Source: Gemmatimonadales bacterium (lineage in GTDB: Bacteria; Gemmatimonadota; Gemmatimonadetes; Gemmatimonadales; GWC2-71-9). From it: a stretch of DNA of 64,000 nt. A program made the position numbers and the translations under genes. The notes under the pieces were generated by a model, which was not told the origin of the DNA, ran no database searches, and was given only the letters and a program-made list of their open reading frames with translations. The stretch spans positions 12,298-76,297 of the forward strand of contig DATIWD010000066.1 of NCBI GenBank assembly GCA_035519565.1. The letters are read 5' to 3'. Below, piece by piece: positions 26,304 through 35,012 of the stretch. Numbering within the stretch: position 1 is the first letter of the stretch; every line of letters starts with the position of its first letter.

Positions 26304-26317
26304 ATCCTCGGCCCTGG
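26287..26317. terminator. Bidirectional terminator hairpin (13-bp stem CCAGGGCCGAGGA / TCCTCGGCCCTGG)
   Basis: A perfect 13-bp stem with a 5-nt loop spans the RHH stop codon. It ends 3 nt before the stop of the convergent xdhC-like gene. Confidence 0.65.
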
Positions 26318-26319
26318 TG

Positions 26320-27354
26320 TTACGCACTGGGTTTGCGCCGGTACCTCACCGCGGTAATCTCGGCCAGTATCGACAAGGCGATCTCCGCGGGTTCACGCCC
26401 GCCGAGGTCGAGGCCGATGGGTCCGTGCAGCTTCGCCATCTCCCGGTCGCTCAACCCCTCGGCTTTGAGTCGCTCGCGGCGAGCGGCCTGGGACTTCTTC
26501 GATCCCAGGGCGCCCACGTAGGCCGCCTCGGACTTCAGCGCGATCCGAAGCGCCGGGTCGTCGAACTTGGGGTCGTGGCTCAGGATGCAGACGTAGGTGG
26601 CGCGGTCGAGCCCGATCCGGGCAAAGGCCTCCTCGGGCCACCCCAGCACCAACTCGTCGGCCGCGGGAAACCGTTCCCTCGAGAGGAATGCCTGCCGTCC
26701 GTCGGCGACGACGGTCCGGTACCCGAGTGGCCCCGCCAACCGCACCAGCTCGGCCGCGATGTGGACTCCACCGAAGATCACCAGCGTCGGCCGGCGCGGG
26801 AGCACCTCGAGAAAGACGGAGACGGTGTCTCCCTTCGAATCGGGAACATCGATGGTGCGGCTGGTACCGGTTTCGAGAGTTGTCCTGGCGGCGGCGATGA
26901 TCGGCGGACGCAAGTGCTCCGGGAGGTTTCCCTCGATCCGCCCGTCGTCGTAGACGACCAGCCTCGCGCCCACTGGTCCGGCATCGGTAACGGTGGCGAC
27001 CACGGCCGCTCCGGGCGCCTGAGCCGCGGCCAGGACCTGGGGACTCACCGCGGGCTCGATGAAGACCTTGATGGTGCCGCCGCACGCGAGGCCGACCGAC
27101 CAGGCCATCTCGTCACTCACGCCAAAGCTCAGGTGCCTGGGAGCCCCTTCCCGGATTGCTTCCGCGATCGCCTGAGCGGTGGCGCCCTCGACGCATCCTC
27201 CCGAGATCGAGCCTGCCATCCGTCCGTCCGCGGTGGCCAGCATGCAGGCGCCCTCTGGACGGGGGGCGGAACCCCAGACGCTGGTTACGATCGCCCGGCC
27301 GACGGGATTCGCGCCCTCGGAGAGCAGGCGATAGTCACTCAACAGGTCGCGCAT
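26320..27354 (-). CDS. XdhC/CoxI family molybdoenzyme maturation protein
   Basis: N-terminal XdhC_CoxI pattern (AIVTSVWGSAPRPEGACMLATADGRMAGSISGGCVEGA) and a C-terminal Rossmann part (LVIFGGVHIA). Confidence 0.8.
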   Translation of the reverse strand: MRDLLSDYRLLSEGANPVGRAIVTSVWGSAPRPEGACMLATADGRMAGSISGGCVEGATAQAIAEAIREGAPRHLSFGVSDEMAWSVGLACGGTIKVFIEPAVSPQVLAAAQAPGAAVVATVTDAGPVGARLVVYDDGRIEGNLPEHLRPPIIAAARTTLETGTSRTIDVPDSKGDTVSVFLEVLPRRPTLVIFGGVHIAAELVRLAGPLGYRTVVADGRQAFLSRERFPAADELVLGWPEEAFARIGLDRATYVCILSHDPKFDDPALRIALKSEAAYVGALGSKKSQAARRERLKAEGLSDREMAKLHGPIGLDLGGREPAEIALSILAEITAVRYRRKPSA

Positions 27355-27391
27355 TCCATGGCTCCAGGCAGATCAGCCTCTGTCGTATCCT

Positions 27392-28819
27392 CTACCACCA
27401 GCCGAGCACCTTCCACCAGGTGAATCCGAAAACCACGAAGATGGCAATGGTTACCAGTGAGATCAGCCACCCGGTCAACCACCACTCGCGCTGGGTCACA
27501 TAGTTGGCGCCGAAGTAGATCGGCGCCGGCGTGGTGCCGTAGTGGGTCAGGGCCGCGCAGAGGTTGGAGAAATAGGCCAGTGAGAGCACGGCCAGCGCCG
27601 GAGGCGTACCGGCGGCCAGGATCACCACCAGGAACGGGGTGAACATCGCCGCGACATGGGCCGTGATGCTGGCAAAGCCGTAGTGGGCATAGAAGTAGAT
27701 CAACAGCAGGCCCGCGAGAGCGGCTCCCCAGGCCCATCCGGCCGTGAGCCCCGCGGCCGCCTCGGCGAATCGGCGAGTGATCCCGCTTTCTCCCAGCGCC
27801 TCCGCCATGCGGACCAGGCCGCCGTACCAGATGAAGATGTTCCAGGCCGCCCCGTCGCTCACCAGCTCGATCCAGTCCAGTACGCCGGTCACCACCAGGA
27901 TCCCTACACCCATCAGGGCTACCACGGCGTAATTGATGTGATGGAGCGTCGCGGTCATCCAGAGGCCGGCCACCAGAAGAAATACGACCAGCGTGATCCG
28001 CTCGTTCCAGCTTAGCGGCCCCAGACGGGCCAGCTCCTCCGCGGCGAACTTCGCCGCGTCCGGCGTGTGGCGCACCTCGGGTCGGAGCACCCGCGCGAGG
28101 AAAGGCGGCAGCACCAACAGGGCGATCAGTCCGGGGACGATGGCTCCCAGGATCCAGCCGGCATAGCTCAGCTGATAGCCCGCCGCGTCCAGCGCGAACT
28201 TGGCGGCGATCACGTTGGAGGCCTGTCCGGTCAGGAACATGGCGCTGTTGACCACGTCGCATTGATACACCGCCGTCATGAGATACTTCCCAAGCCGCCC
28301 GGCCGTCGGTCCCGGCCGGGACTCATACGCTTCCGCCAGACTCAGAGTGATCGGGAACAGGACGCCACCGGCGCGCGCGGCGTTGGAGGGGATGATCGAG
28401 GCCAGGATGCAATCCGTTCCGGCCAACGCGTACGCCAATCCTACGGTGCTCTTGCCGATGGCCCGGATGAACAGGAACGCGAATCGCCGGCCGAGGCCGG
28501 TACGGATGATCCCGTGAGAGAGGAAGAAGGCGCAGAGCACCATCCACACCACGGGATCGGCGTATCCTCCCAGGGCCTGGGTGGGCGTGAGGGCGCCGGT
28601 CAGGGCGGTGGCGCAGACGGCGATCAGGACGATCGCCCCGGCGGGGATCGGCTGCACGATGGAGCCGACGATGGTCATCGCGAAGATCGCGAGCAGCCGC
28701 CACGCGCTGGGATCGATCCCCTCGGGTAGCGGGATCGCGAGGATCAGCCCCCCGGTCCCGAGCATCACCGCCCACCCCAGCAGCCGGCGCCGTCTCGCAG
28801 GGTCGAAGAGAGCGGTCAC
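27392..28819 (-). CDS. DASS/SLC13-type anion (di/tricarboxylate or sulfate) transporter
   Basis: 475-aa polytopic membrane protein with internal repeat architecture and SNxxAxxxxxP-like hairpin motifs (IIPSNAARAGGVLFP; FSNLCAALTHYGT). Confidence 0.7.
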   Translation of the reverse strand: MTALFDPARRRRLLGWAVMLGTGGLILAIPLPEGIDPSAWRLLAIFAMTIVGSIVQPIPAGAIVLIAVCATALTGALTPTQALGGYADPVVWMVLCAFFLSHGIIRTGLGRRFAFLFIRAIGKSTVGLAYALAGTDCILASIIPSNAARAGGVLFPITLSLAEAYESRPGPTAGRLGKYLMTAVYQCDVVNSAMFLTGQASNVIAAKFALDAAGYQLSYAGWILGAIVPGLIALLVLPPFLARVLRPEVRHTPDAAKFAAEELARLGPLSWNERITLVVFLLVAGLWMTATLHHINYAVVALMGVGILVVTGVLDWIELVSDGAAWNIFIWYGGLVRMAEALGESGITRRFAEAAAGLTAGWAWGAALAGLLLIYFYAHYGFASITAHVAAMFTPFLVVILAAGTPPALAVLSLAYFSNLCAALTHYGTTPAPIYFGANYVTQREWWLTGWLISLVTIAIFVVFGFTWWKVLGWW

Positions 28820-28951
28820 ACGAAGGCCACGAGGACTGAAGTCATGATCCTGGGAGAGACGGACCGGCGTGCAGCTTGGAGTTGGGAGCTGGGGGTCTCA
28901 CGTCCAGCCAACTTGCCCCGAAGGCGGGAGTGGGGCAAGGACGACTGGGGT

Positions 28952-29251
28952 CTAATTCTTCAGGTATTGAACGACGATGATTCGAGGCTTGACCCTGGCG
29001 TCCTGGTGGGGGTTAATCCGACTGGCGAAGGTGATAGTGGCAAGTTGAGGAGGCGGGAGCGGAGTACCGCTGCCCGTCGGGAGAGGGGCTCCTATGAGGG
29101 CCAGCGCTGCCACGTAGCTCCGCCCCGCCTCCTGCGACATGACCCGTGCCGTGACCGGAAGGCTCCCCGTGCTCTGCGCAGCGGCGGGGATCGAATGCAT
29201 CCACCCGGCCAGAATGACCGCCGGGACCACGGCCCAACCCTTCGACATCAC
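28952..29251 (-). CDS. Small secreted protein, unknown function
   Basis: 99 aa with signal MMSKGWAVVPAVILAGWMHSIPAAAQS. Its start overlaps the stop of the upstream REC-HD-GYP gene by 4 nt. Confidence 0.5.
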   Translation of the reverse strand: MMSKGWAVVPAVILAGWMHSIPAAAQSTGSLPVTARVMSQEAGRSYVAALALIGAPLPTGSGTPLPPPQLATITFASRINPHQDARVKPRIIVVQYLKN

Positions 29252-30375
29252 TCAGTCTCCACTCTGGTCGCCGTGCTCAGGGCCAGAGCCGGCTCGCGGT
29301 GCGGGTGCTGATCCTCGTGCACGAACTCGAGTGCGTGACGCTGGGCAATCACGGCATCCAGGGCCTGACACACCGCGGGATCCAGTGTCACGCCGTCGAG
29401 TTCGTGGATCTTTGCCAGCGCCTCTTCGGACGGGACTTTCTCCCGGTAGGGGCGGGCGGTGGTCAGAGCGTCGTAAATCTCCGCCGCTGCCAGGATCCGG
29501 CTGCCCCAGGGAATGTTGTCGCCAAAAAGGCCGTCCGGATAGCCCCTCCCGTCCCACCGCTCGTGGTGGCCCCGGACAAACCGGGCTACCGTGTCCAGGT
29601 GCGGGTAGGCGGCCAGGATCTGATAGCCGACCAGACTGTGTCGCTTCACCATCTCGAACTCCTCGGGGGTCAAGGAACCGGGCCTGGAAAGAATCTCGCC
29701 GCTGATCCCGATCATGCCGATATCGTGAAGCCGTCCCGACAGCCGAAGCTGCTCGATTTCCTCGTCGGTCCTTCCCATCTCCGCGGCGAGCGCGGCGGCC
29801 AGCTGAGCTACCCGGATCGAGTGCCCGGCCAGGAAGCGATCTTTGGCCTCCATCGCTTGGACCAGCGCCTCAAGGGCGGAGGCCGCCAACCGCTGGATCT
29901 TCAGCCGCTCCTCTTCGATCTCCCGATTCCGCTGCTCCAACTCCTCCCGGAGCCACCGATTCATCTCCTGTTGTGCCAGTCGCTCTTCTCGCTCCTTGAG
30001 GGCGAGCTCCAGCGTCTGCCCCAGCGACTGCAGCTCAAACGGCTTGGTGACGAAGTCGACCACGCCCCGCTGCATGCAGAACACCGCGGTCTTCGCATCG
30101 GATCTCGCGCTCAGCATCACCACGGTGGCCGTCGGATTGGCTTCCTGCACCGAGGGCAGCAGTTCCAGCCCGGTGGTATCGGGCAGGTGAATATCGAGGA
30201 GGAGGCAAGCCACCTCATGGCGGTTGAGGATCTCCAACGCCTCCTTCCCGTTCGCGGCCAGGCGGACCACGTATCCGAGCCGAGTGAGAAACTTGTTCAC
30301 CGCGAGTCGGACCGATTCTTCGTCGTCTACGACCAGGATGGTCGGTGGGGCTTTGAGCACGCCAAATCCTCCCAC
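29248..30375 (-). CDS. Response regulator with HD-GYP domain (RpfG-type c-di-GMP phosphodiesterase)
   Basis: REC domain (ILVVDDEESVR...LLLDIHLPD), a coiled-coil linker, then HD-GYP motifs HSIRVAQL, LHDIGM and HHERWDGRGYPDG. Confidence 0.85.
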   Translation of the reverse strand: MGGFGVLKAPPTILVVDDEESVRLAVNKFLTRLGYVVRLAANGKEALEILNRHEVACLLLDIHLPDTTGLELLPSVQEANPTATVVMLSARSDAKTAVFCMQRGVVDFVTKPFELQSLGQTLELALKEREERLAQQEMNRWLREELEQRNREIEEERLKIQRLAASALEALVQAMEAKDRFLAGHSIRVAQLAAALAAEMGRTDEEIEQLRLSGRLHDIGMIGISGEILSRPGSLTPEEFEMVKRHSLVGYQILAAYPHLDTVARFVRGHHERWDGRGYPDGLFGDNIPWGSRILAAAEIYDALTTARPYREKVPSEEALAKIHELDGVTLDPAVCQALDAVIAQRHALEFVHEDQHPHREPALALSTATRVETE

Positions 30376-30569
30376 GCTTCAGGGCGGCCCGGGTCCAGGG
30401 CCTCGGCAGCCAAGAGAGAGCGGGGCTCATGCCCGGGCGCCGCCGTGGGCATAACGCTTTGCAGGCAAGTCACTTGGGGGTGATTCTGGTGGGGGACTCG
30501 AGGCTTCGATTGGGACAGTCTGCCCCAAGGAGGGGGCGGGATTGCCTGGCTGGAAGGGGTGAAAGGGCC

Positions 30570-32090
30570 CTAGTCTTCCGGCAGCGCATCCTCCAGGGGC
30601 TGGTCCTGGAGAAAACCCTCCCTCTGGTAACGTTGCAACTTCCGGAAGAGGGTGCGCCGGTCGATGCCCAGAACCTTTGAGGCCCTGGATTGGTGCCACT
30701 GGTGCTGTTCGAGCACTTTGAGGATGTACTCCCGCTCCATGCGGTCGAGGCTCCAGAACTCAGCGGTTCCCCGCTCGAGCAGCTCGCCCTGGCGCTTCTC
30801 CCAGTGAGCGCTGCTGGCCGGGATGGTCTTGGCCCCCATGTACATGATCACGGCCCGCTCGATGAAATTCTCCAGCTCGCGGACATTGCCGGGCCAGTCG
30901 TATTCGCCCAGCCGTCGCAGAAGTTCCGGTGAGAGCTCCGGTGGTGTGATGCCGTTGGCCTGACCGGCTCGCTGGCGGAAGTACGCGGCCAGCAGCGGAA
31001 TATCGGTCCTCCGTTCGCGCAGCGGCGGGACCTCGATAGGAAAGACATTCAAACGGAAGAAGAGATCCTCACGGAACCGCCCGGCGGCAACCTCCTCCTC
31101 CAGATTGCGGTTGGTGGCCGTGATCAGCCGAAAGCTGACTGGGATGGCCTGATTGGCGCCGACCCGCTGGATCTGCCGCTCCTGAATGGTCCGAAGCAGC
31201 TTGACCTGAATGACTGGGGAGAGCGTCGCCACCTCATCCAGAAACAACGTCCCGTCCCGGGCCTCTTCGAACAGCCCTCGTTTGGTTTCCACGGCCCCGG
31301 TGAAACTGCCCTTCATGTGACCGAAGAGCTCCGACTCCAGGAGCGTTTCGGATAGCGCCGAGCAGTGGACCGGGACGAACGGCTTGTGGACCCGGTCGGA
31401 GAGGGCATGGATGGTCCGGGCCACCAGCTCCTTGCCGGTCCCCGTCTCTCCGGTGATCAGCACATTGGCCCGGGTCGGCGCCACTCGCTTGATCAAATCG
31501 AACATCCGGTGGACGGCTGGGGCCTTGCCCACGATGGCGGACAAGGCGCTGGCCGAGACGCTCAGGCGGAGACTGGTCACCTCGCGCCGTCGCTCCCGCT
31601 CCTCCAGTGCTCGTTCGAGGACCAGGAGCAGTTCGGCGATGCAGACCGGCTTGCGCAGGTAGTCGTACGCGCCCAGCCGCATCGCCTCCAGGGCCGTGTC
31701 CACCGTAGCATCGCCCGTGATCATGATGAACTGCGCGTCGGCCTGTCGCGCCGGCCCCGCGTGGAGGAGCTCCATCCCGCTCACGCCGGGCAAGTGAAGA
31801 TCGAGCAGCACGAGGTCGTAGAGCTCGGTCCCCAGCCGAAGCAATCCTTCGCTGCCGGTAGTGGCGACCTCCACGTCATAGCCGGCCGGCTCCAAGACTC
31901 GGCGGAGCACGTTTCGGACGGCCTCGTCGTCCTCGACCACCAGAATTCGCGGTCGAGCCCGAACTTGCTCTGGCTGTAGAGGGATCTCGGACGCCGTGGA
32001 CGCGCCGACTGGATGCATGTGGCTCCTGGGGACCGCTCGAATGCCCGGGGGACCGGTGCCAGGCCGGGGCGCAGTCACTCCCGCGCCCAA
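30570..32090 (-). CDS. NtrC-family sigma-54-dependent response regulator (REC + AAA+ + Fis HTH)
   Basis: REC (ILVVEDDEAV...LLDLHLPG). AAA+ Walker A GETGTGKE, GAFTGA-type loop GSFTGA, and TLFLDEV. C-terminal HTH ASKVLGIDRRTLFRKL. An alternative start at the internal ATG (about 32018) is possible. Confidence 0.85.
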   Translation of the reverse strand: MGAGVTAPRPGTGPPGIRAVPRSHMHPVGASTASEIPLQPEQVRARPRILVVEDDEAVRNVLRRVLEPAGYDVEVATTGSEGLLRLGTELYDLVLLDLHLPGVSGMELLHAGPARQADAQFIMITGDATVDTALEAMRLGAYDYLRKPVCIAELLLVLERALEERERRREVTSLRLSVSASALSAIVGKAPAVHRMFDLIKRVAPTRANVLITGETGTGKELVARTIHALSDRVHKPFVPVHCSALSETLLESELFGHMKGSFTGAVETKRGLFEEARDGTLFLDEVATLSPVIQVKLLRTIQERQIQRVGANQAIPVSFRLITATNRNLEEEVAAGRFREDLFFRLNVFPIEVPPLRERRTDIPLLAAYFRQRAGQANGITPPELSPELLRRLGEYDWPGNVRELENFIERAVIMYMGAKTIPASSAHWEKRQGELLERGTAEFWSLDRMEREYILKVLEQHQWHQSRASKVLGIDRRTLFRKLQRYQREGFLQDQPLEDALPED

Positions 32091-32186
32091 TGATGCCAGT
32101 GGCCAGACCTTCGGTCTACCTGGGCAGTTTGTGGCAACTCGAGGGGTTGAAGCAAGAGAGGAAAAACCCGAGGGGCGAGCCGCGAG

Positions 32187-32837
32187 CTAGTCCAGTTGCA
32201 CCTGTCCGGTCCGGATGGCGAAGCGGACCAGGCCCGGGACGTCGGAGATGTGGAGCCGGCGCATGAGGTGAGCGCGGTGGGTCTCCACCGTTTTCACGCT
32301 GAGGTCCAGTTCCTCGGCGATGGCCTTGGTCCCACGCCCTTCCGCAATCATCCGAAGCACCTGACGCTGACGCGGGCTGAGACGCTCCAGCTGGCTCTGT
32401 CCCTTTCCGATGGGACCCAGGTAGTCCTCCATGACCGACTTGGGGATGGCGGCGCTCAGGTAGATCTCTCCCGAAGCCACGTTTCGGAGGGCAAGGTCCA
32501 GTTCGGCGTAACTCGAGTGTTTGAGCAGGTAACCGGAAGCGCCCGCCCGCAGGGCCTGCAGGACGTATTCGTCGTTGGCGTGCATGGACAGCACCAGCAC
32601 CTTGGTATCGGGCAGCTCTTCCGCCAGGTGCCGGGTGACCTCCAATCCCCCCATTCCCGGCATGCTGAGATCGAGCAGCATGACGTCGGGCCGATGAATG
32701 CGCGCCGCGGTCAGCGCCTCCGGGCCGGTCGAAGCTTCCGCGACCACCCGGATGTGGGGCCGCTGTTCGAGAACCGCCCGCAGAGCCGAGCGAACCAGCG
32801 TATGATCGTCCACCAGCACCACCCGAATCGCCTTCAT
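32187..32837 (-). CDS. NarL/FixJ-family response regulator (REC + LuxR HTH)
   Basis: REC (RVVLVDDHTLV...MLLDLSMPG) and LuxR-type HTH (LSPRQRQVLRMIAEGRGTKAIAEELDLSVKTVETHR). Its start overlaps the kinase stop by 4 nt. Confidence 0.88.
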   Translation of the reverse strand: MKAIRVVLVDDHTLVRSALRAVLEQRPHIRVVAEASTGPEALTAARIHRPDVMLLDLSMPGMGGLEVTRHLAEELPDTKVLVLSMHANDEYVLQALRAGASGYLLKHSSYAELDLALRNVASGEIYLSAAIPKSVMEDYLGPIGKGQSQLERLSPRQRQVLRMIAEGRGTKAIAEELDLSVKTVETHRAHLMRRLHISDVPGLVRFAIRTGQVQLD

Positions 32838-34357
32838 GGGCCCTTCTCCTCCACTGGGTTCTTCTCCTCGCGGTTTGAAATCGGAAACCGCGCGATAACC
32901 ACGGTCCCGGCACCAGCCGCCGAAAGTACCTGCCAGGTTCCACCGGCAAGAACGGCCCGTTCCTGCATGCTGAGCAAACCCAGGCTGTCGCCGTGGGCAG
33001 CGCGCTGGCGGGCCTCGGGGACGTCGAACCCGATCCCATCATCCCGGACCTCCAGCACCAGTTCGGCCCCTTCGCGGCGGAGCCGGACCTCGATGGTGGT
33101 CGCCTTCGCGTGGCGCACCGCGTTGGTGAGCGCCTCCTGGGCGACGCGGAAGCAGGCCGTCTCGATCGCGGCCGGGTAGCGCTGCTGGGGAGTGTCTACC
33201 ACGAAGCTGGTTTTGACGTCGGCCAGTTGGGCCGAGCGGTCGACCTGCCAGCGAAGCGCCACCACCAGGCCCAGGTCGTCCAGCATGGATGGCCGCAGGT
33301 CGAGGGAGAGGTTGCGCACCCGGTTCAGGGTCCGGTCGATGATCGCGGTGGTTTTGGCCAGCAGGTCGGAAGTCGCGCGCCGCCGGCCTGCCGCCAGCGA
33401 TTGGAGTTGAATCTGCGCCGCCGTCAGCTCCTGCCCCAACTCATCGTGAAGCTCGCGCGCCAGGAGACGCCGCTCGTTCTCCTGGACGGCGAGCAAGCGG
33501 TGGGACAGCGCCTGGAGCCGCTCCTCCGCCTGTCGGCGGTCCGAGATGTCACGCACGATCCCTTCGATCGCGACGACCTGATGGTTCTCATCGTACCGGG
33601 GCACGTTGCGCTGCTCGGTCCAGATGGTCCCTCCATCCTTGCGGAGCCAGCGTAACACGATCGGTCCCGCATGGGCGGAAGGGTCGCGCAGGTAGGCCTC
33701 GAGCAACCCGCGATCGTCGGGGTACACCAGGTCGAGCTGGAGATCGGGATTGGCGTAGTGCTCCTCCGGCGTGTAGCCGGTCAGGGAGGTCACCGAGGGG
33801 CTCACGTACTCGAAACCGCGCTGCGGTATCAGCCGGTAGCGATAGACCACGTCCTGGGCGTTCTCCGCCAGGAGACGAAAGCGCTCCTCGCTCTTCTGCA
33901 GGGCCTGCTCCGCCCGGCGACGCTCGGTGATGTCCTGGATCACCCACAGGTGGCCGGCGACCGTTCCCGCTCCGTCCTTGAGGGTTCGCACTGAGAGCTG
34001 GACGTGGATCGACTCTCCATGCCGGGTGAAATGAATCGCCTCGCCTTGCCAACTCCCCTTGGCCTCCAGCGCTTTGGGGTCGAGCGGCTCGGCATCGCGC
34101 ACCAGCCACGACGGCCGGTAGAGCTCGCTCAGCTGGAGCCCGAACAATGTCCGGCCCTGAGCCCCGTATTGCCGCTCGGCTGCGGCGTTCCAGTACTGAA
34201 TGCGATCGTCGCGATCGGTAATGAAGATGGCCTCGCTGATTTCCTCGAGCGCTTCGGGGAGAAACGGGGAGGCCGCCCTCGGACTCCCCAGAGTCAGTCG
34301 AGGAGCGCCGTCGGGCTTTTCGGTTCGATCATTCCGGCGCCGGGGATGGCTACTCAT
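32834..34357 (-). CDS. Cytoplasmic PAS-PAS sensor histidine kinase (HisKA_3 / NarX-DegS type)
   Basis: No TM segment. It has two PAS modules, the H-box LARELHDELGQELT, and an HATPase domain (EALTNAVRHA...DDGIGF...GLLSMQERA). Confidence 0.85.
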   Translation of the reverse strand: MSSHPRRRNDRTEKPDGAPRLTLGSPRAASPFLPEALEEISEAIFITDRDDRIQYWNAAAERQYGAQGRTLFGLQLSELYRPSWLVRDAEPLDPKALEAKGSWQGEAIHFTRHGESIHVQLSVRTLKDGAGTVAGHLWVIQDITERRRAEQALQKSEERFRLLAENAQDVVYRYRLIPQRGFEYVSPSVTSLTGYTPEEHYANPDLQLDLVYPDDRGLLEAYLRDPSAHAGPIVLRWLRKDGGTIWTEQRNVPRYDENHQVVAIEGIVRDISDRRQAEERLQALSHRLLAVQENERRLLARELHDELGQELTAAQIQLQSLAAGRRRATSDLLAKTTAIIDRTLNRVRNLSLDLRPSMLDDLGLVVALRWQVDRSAQLADVKTSFVVDTPQQRYPAAIETACFRVAQEALTNAVRHAKATTIEVRLRREGAELVLEVRDDGIGFDVPEARQRAAHGDSLGLLSMQERAVLAGGTWQVLSAAGAGTVVIARFPISNREEKNPVEEKGP

Positions 34358-34550
34358 GACCTGCCAAAGCGCCGGAACCCGGTCGTGGCCAGGCTCGTCG
34401 CAGGTACGGGGAACTGGAGACGTAGTCCGAAGGCACGACGCGCCCTCGGTCCCCCTAGGTTACCCAGCCAGAGGACGCCTCGCAATCACCGGTGCGCCGG
34501 AGGGCCAAACGCGCTCCCGGCAACGCCCGGTCGTCAATACAGGGAAACCC

Positions 34551-35012
34551 TTAGGGTGTTTGAGGCGTAACCGCGATGCTGGCGCCGAAGGCCTGCCAGA
34601 ATTCTTCGATCACCTTGCGGGCTTTTCCATCGACCAGCTGGGCACCGACCCCCGCGAGGGCACCGGTAATTTCGTTGTCCGTGTTCCAGCTCAATCGAGT
34701 TTGACCGGGCTCGATGGTCTCGAGAGTGAATATCCCCTTCAGGTCGAGCGCCGATCCCGGTGCCTTGCCGTGACAGAGGACCTCGAGGCGCTCCGGAGGC
34801 TTCTGGTCGCTGAACTCCACGTCCAGGGTGAGCCCGACTCTGAGGATCCCCATCTTGATCGAGGAGAGAATGGTGAAATGTCGTTCGTCCCGGATCTGAA
34901 CCGATTCCACCCGTGAGGCGTGCTGCGCCAGGAAATGCGGATGGGTCAATCGCGGCCAGATCTCCTCGGGCCTGGCGGCGATCACCGTGGATCCCGATAC
35001 CGTAAATCTCAT
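34551..35012 (-). CDS. CoxG/SRPBCC family protein (carbon monoxide dehydrogenase subunit G-like)
   Basis: 153 aa in a CoxG-like pattern (MRFTVSGSTVIAARPEEIW...LSWNTDNEITGALAGVGAQLVDGKARKVIEEF). Confidence 0.7.
   Translation of the reverse strand: MRFTVSGSTVIAARPEEIWPRLTHPHFLAQHASRVESVQIRDERHFTILSSIKMGILRVGLTLDVEFSDQKPPERLEVLCHGKAPGSALDLKGIFTLETIEPGQTRLSWNTDNEITGALAGVGAQLVDGKARKVIEEFWQAFGASIAVTPQTP

Noticed and set aside
30376-30569. Searched the spacers at 30376-30569 and 32091-32186 for a sigma-54 (-24 TGGCAC / -12 TTGC) promoter that the adjacent NtrC-type activator could drive.
   Set aside because: Only weak partial matches were found (for example GTGACTTGCCTGCA on the minus strand). None has the correct GG-N10-GC spacing, so nothing is reported as a feature.
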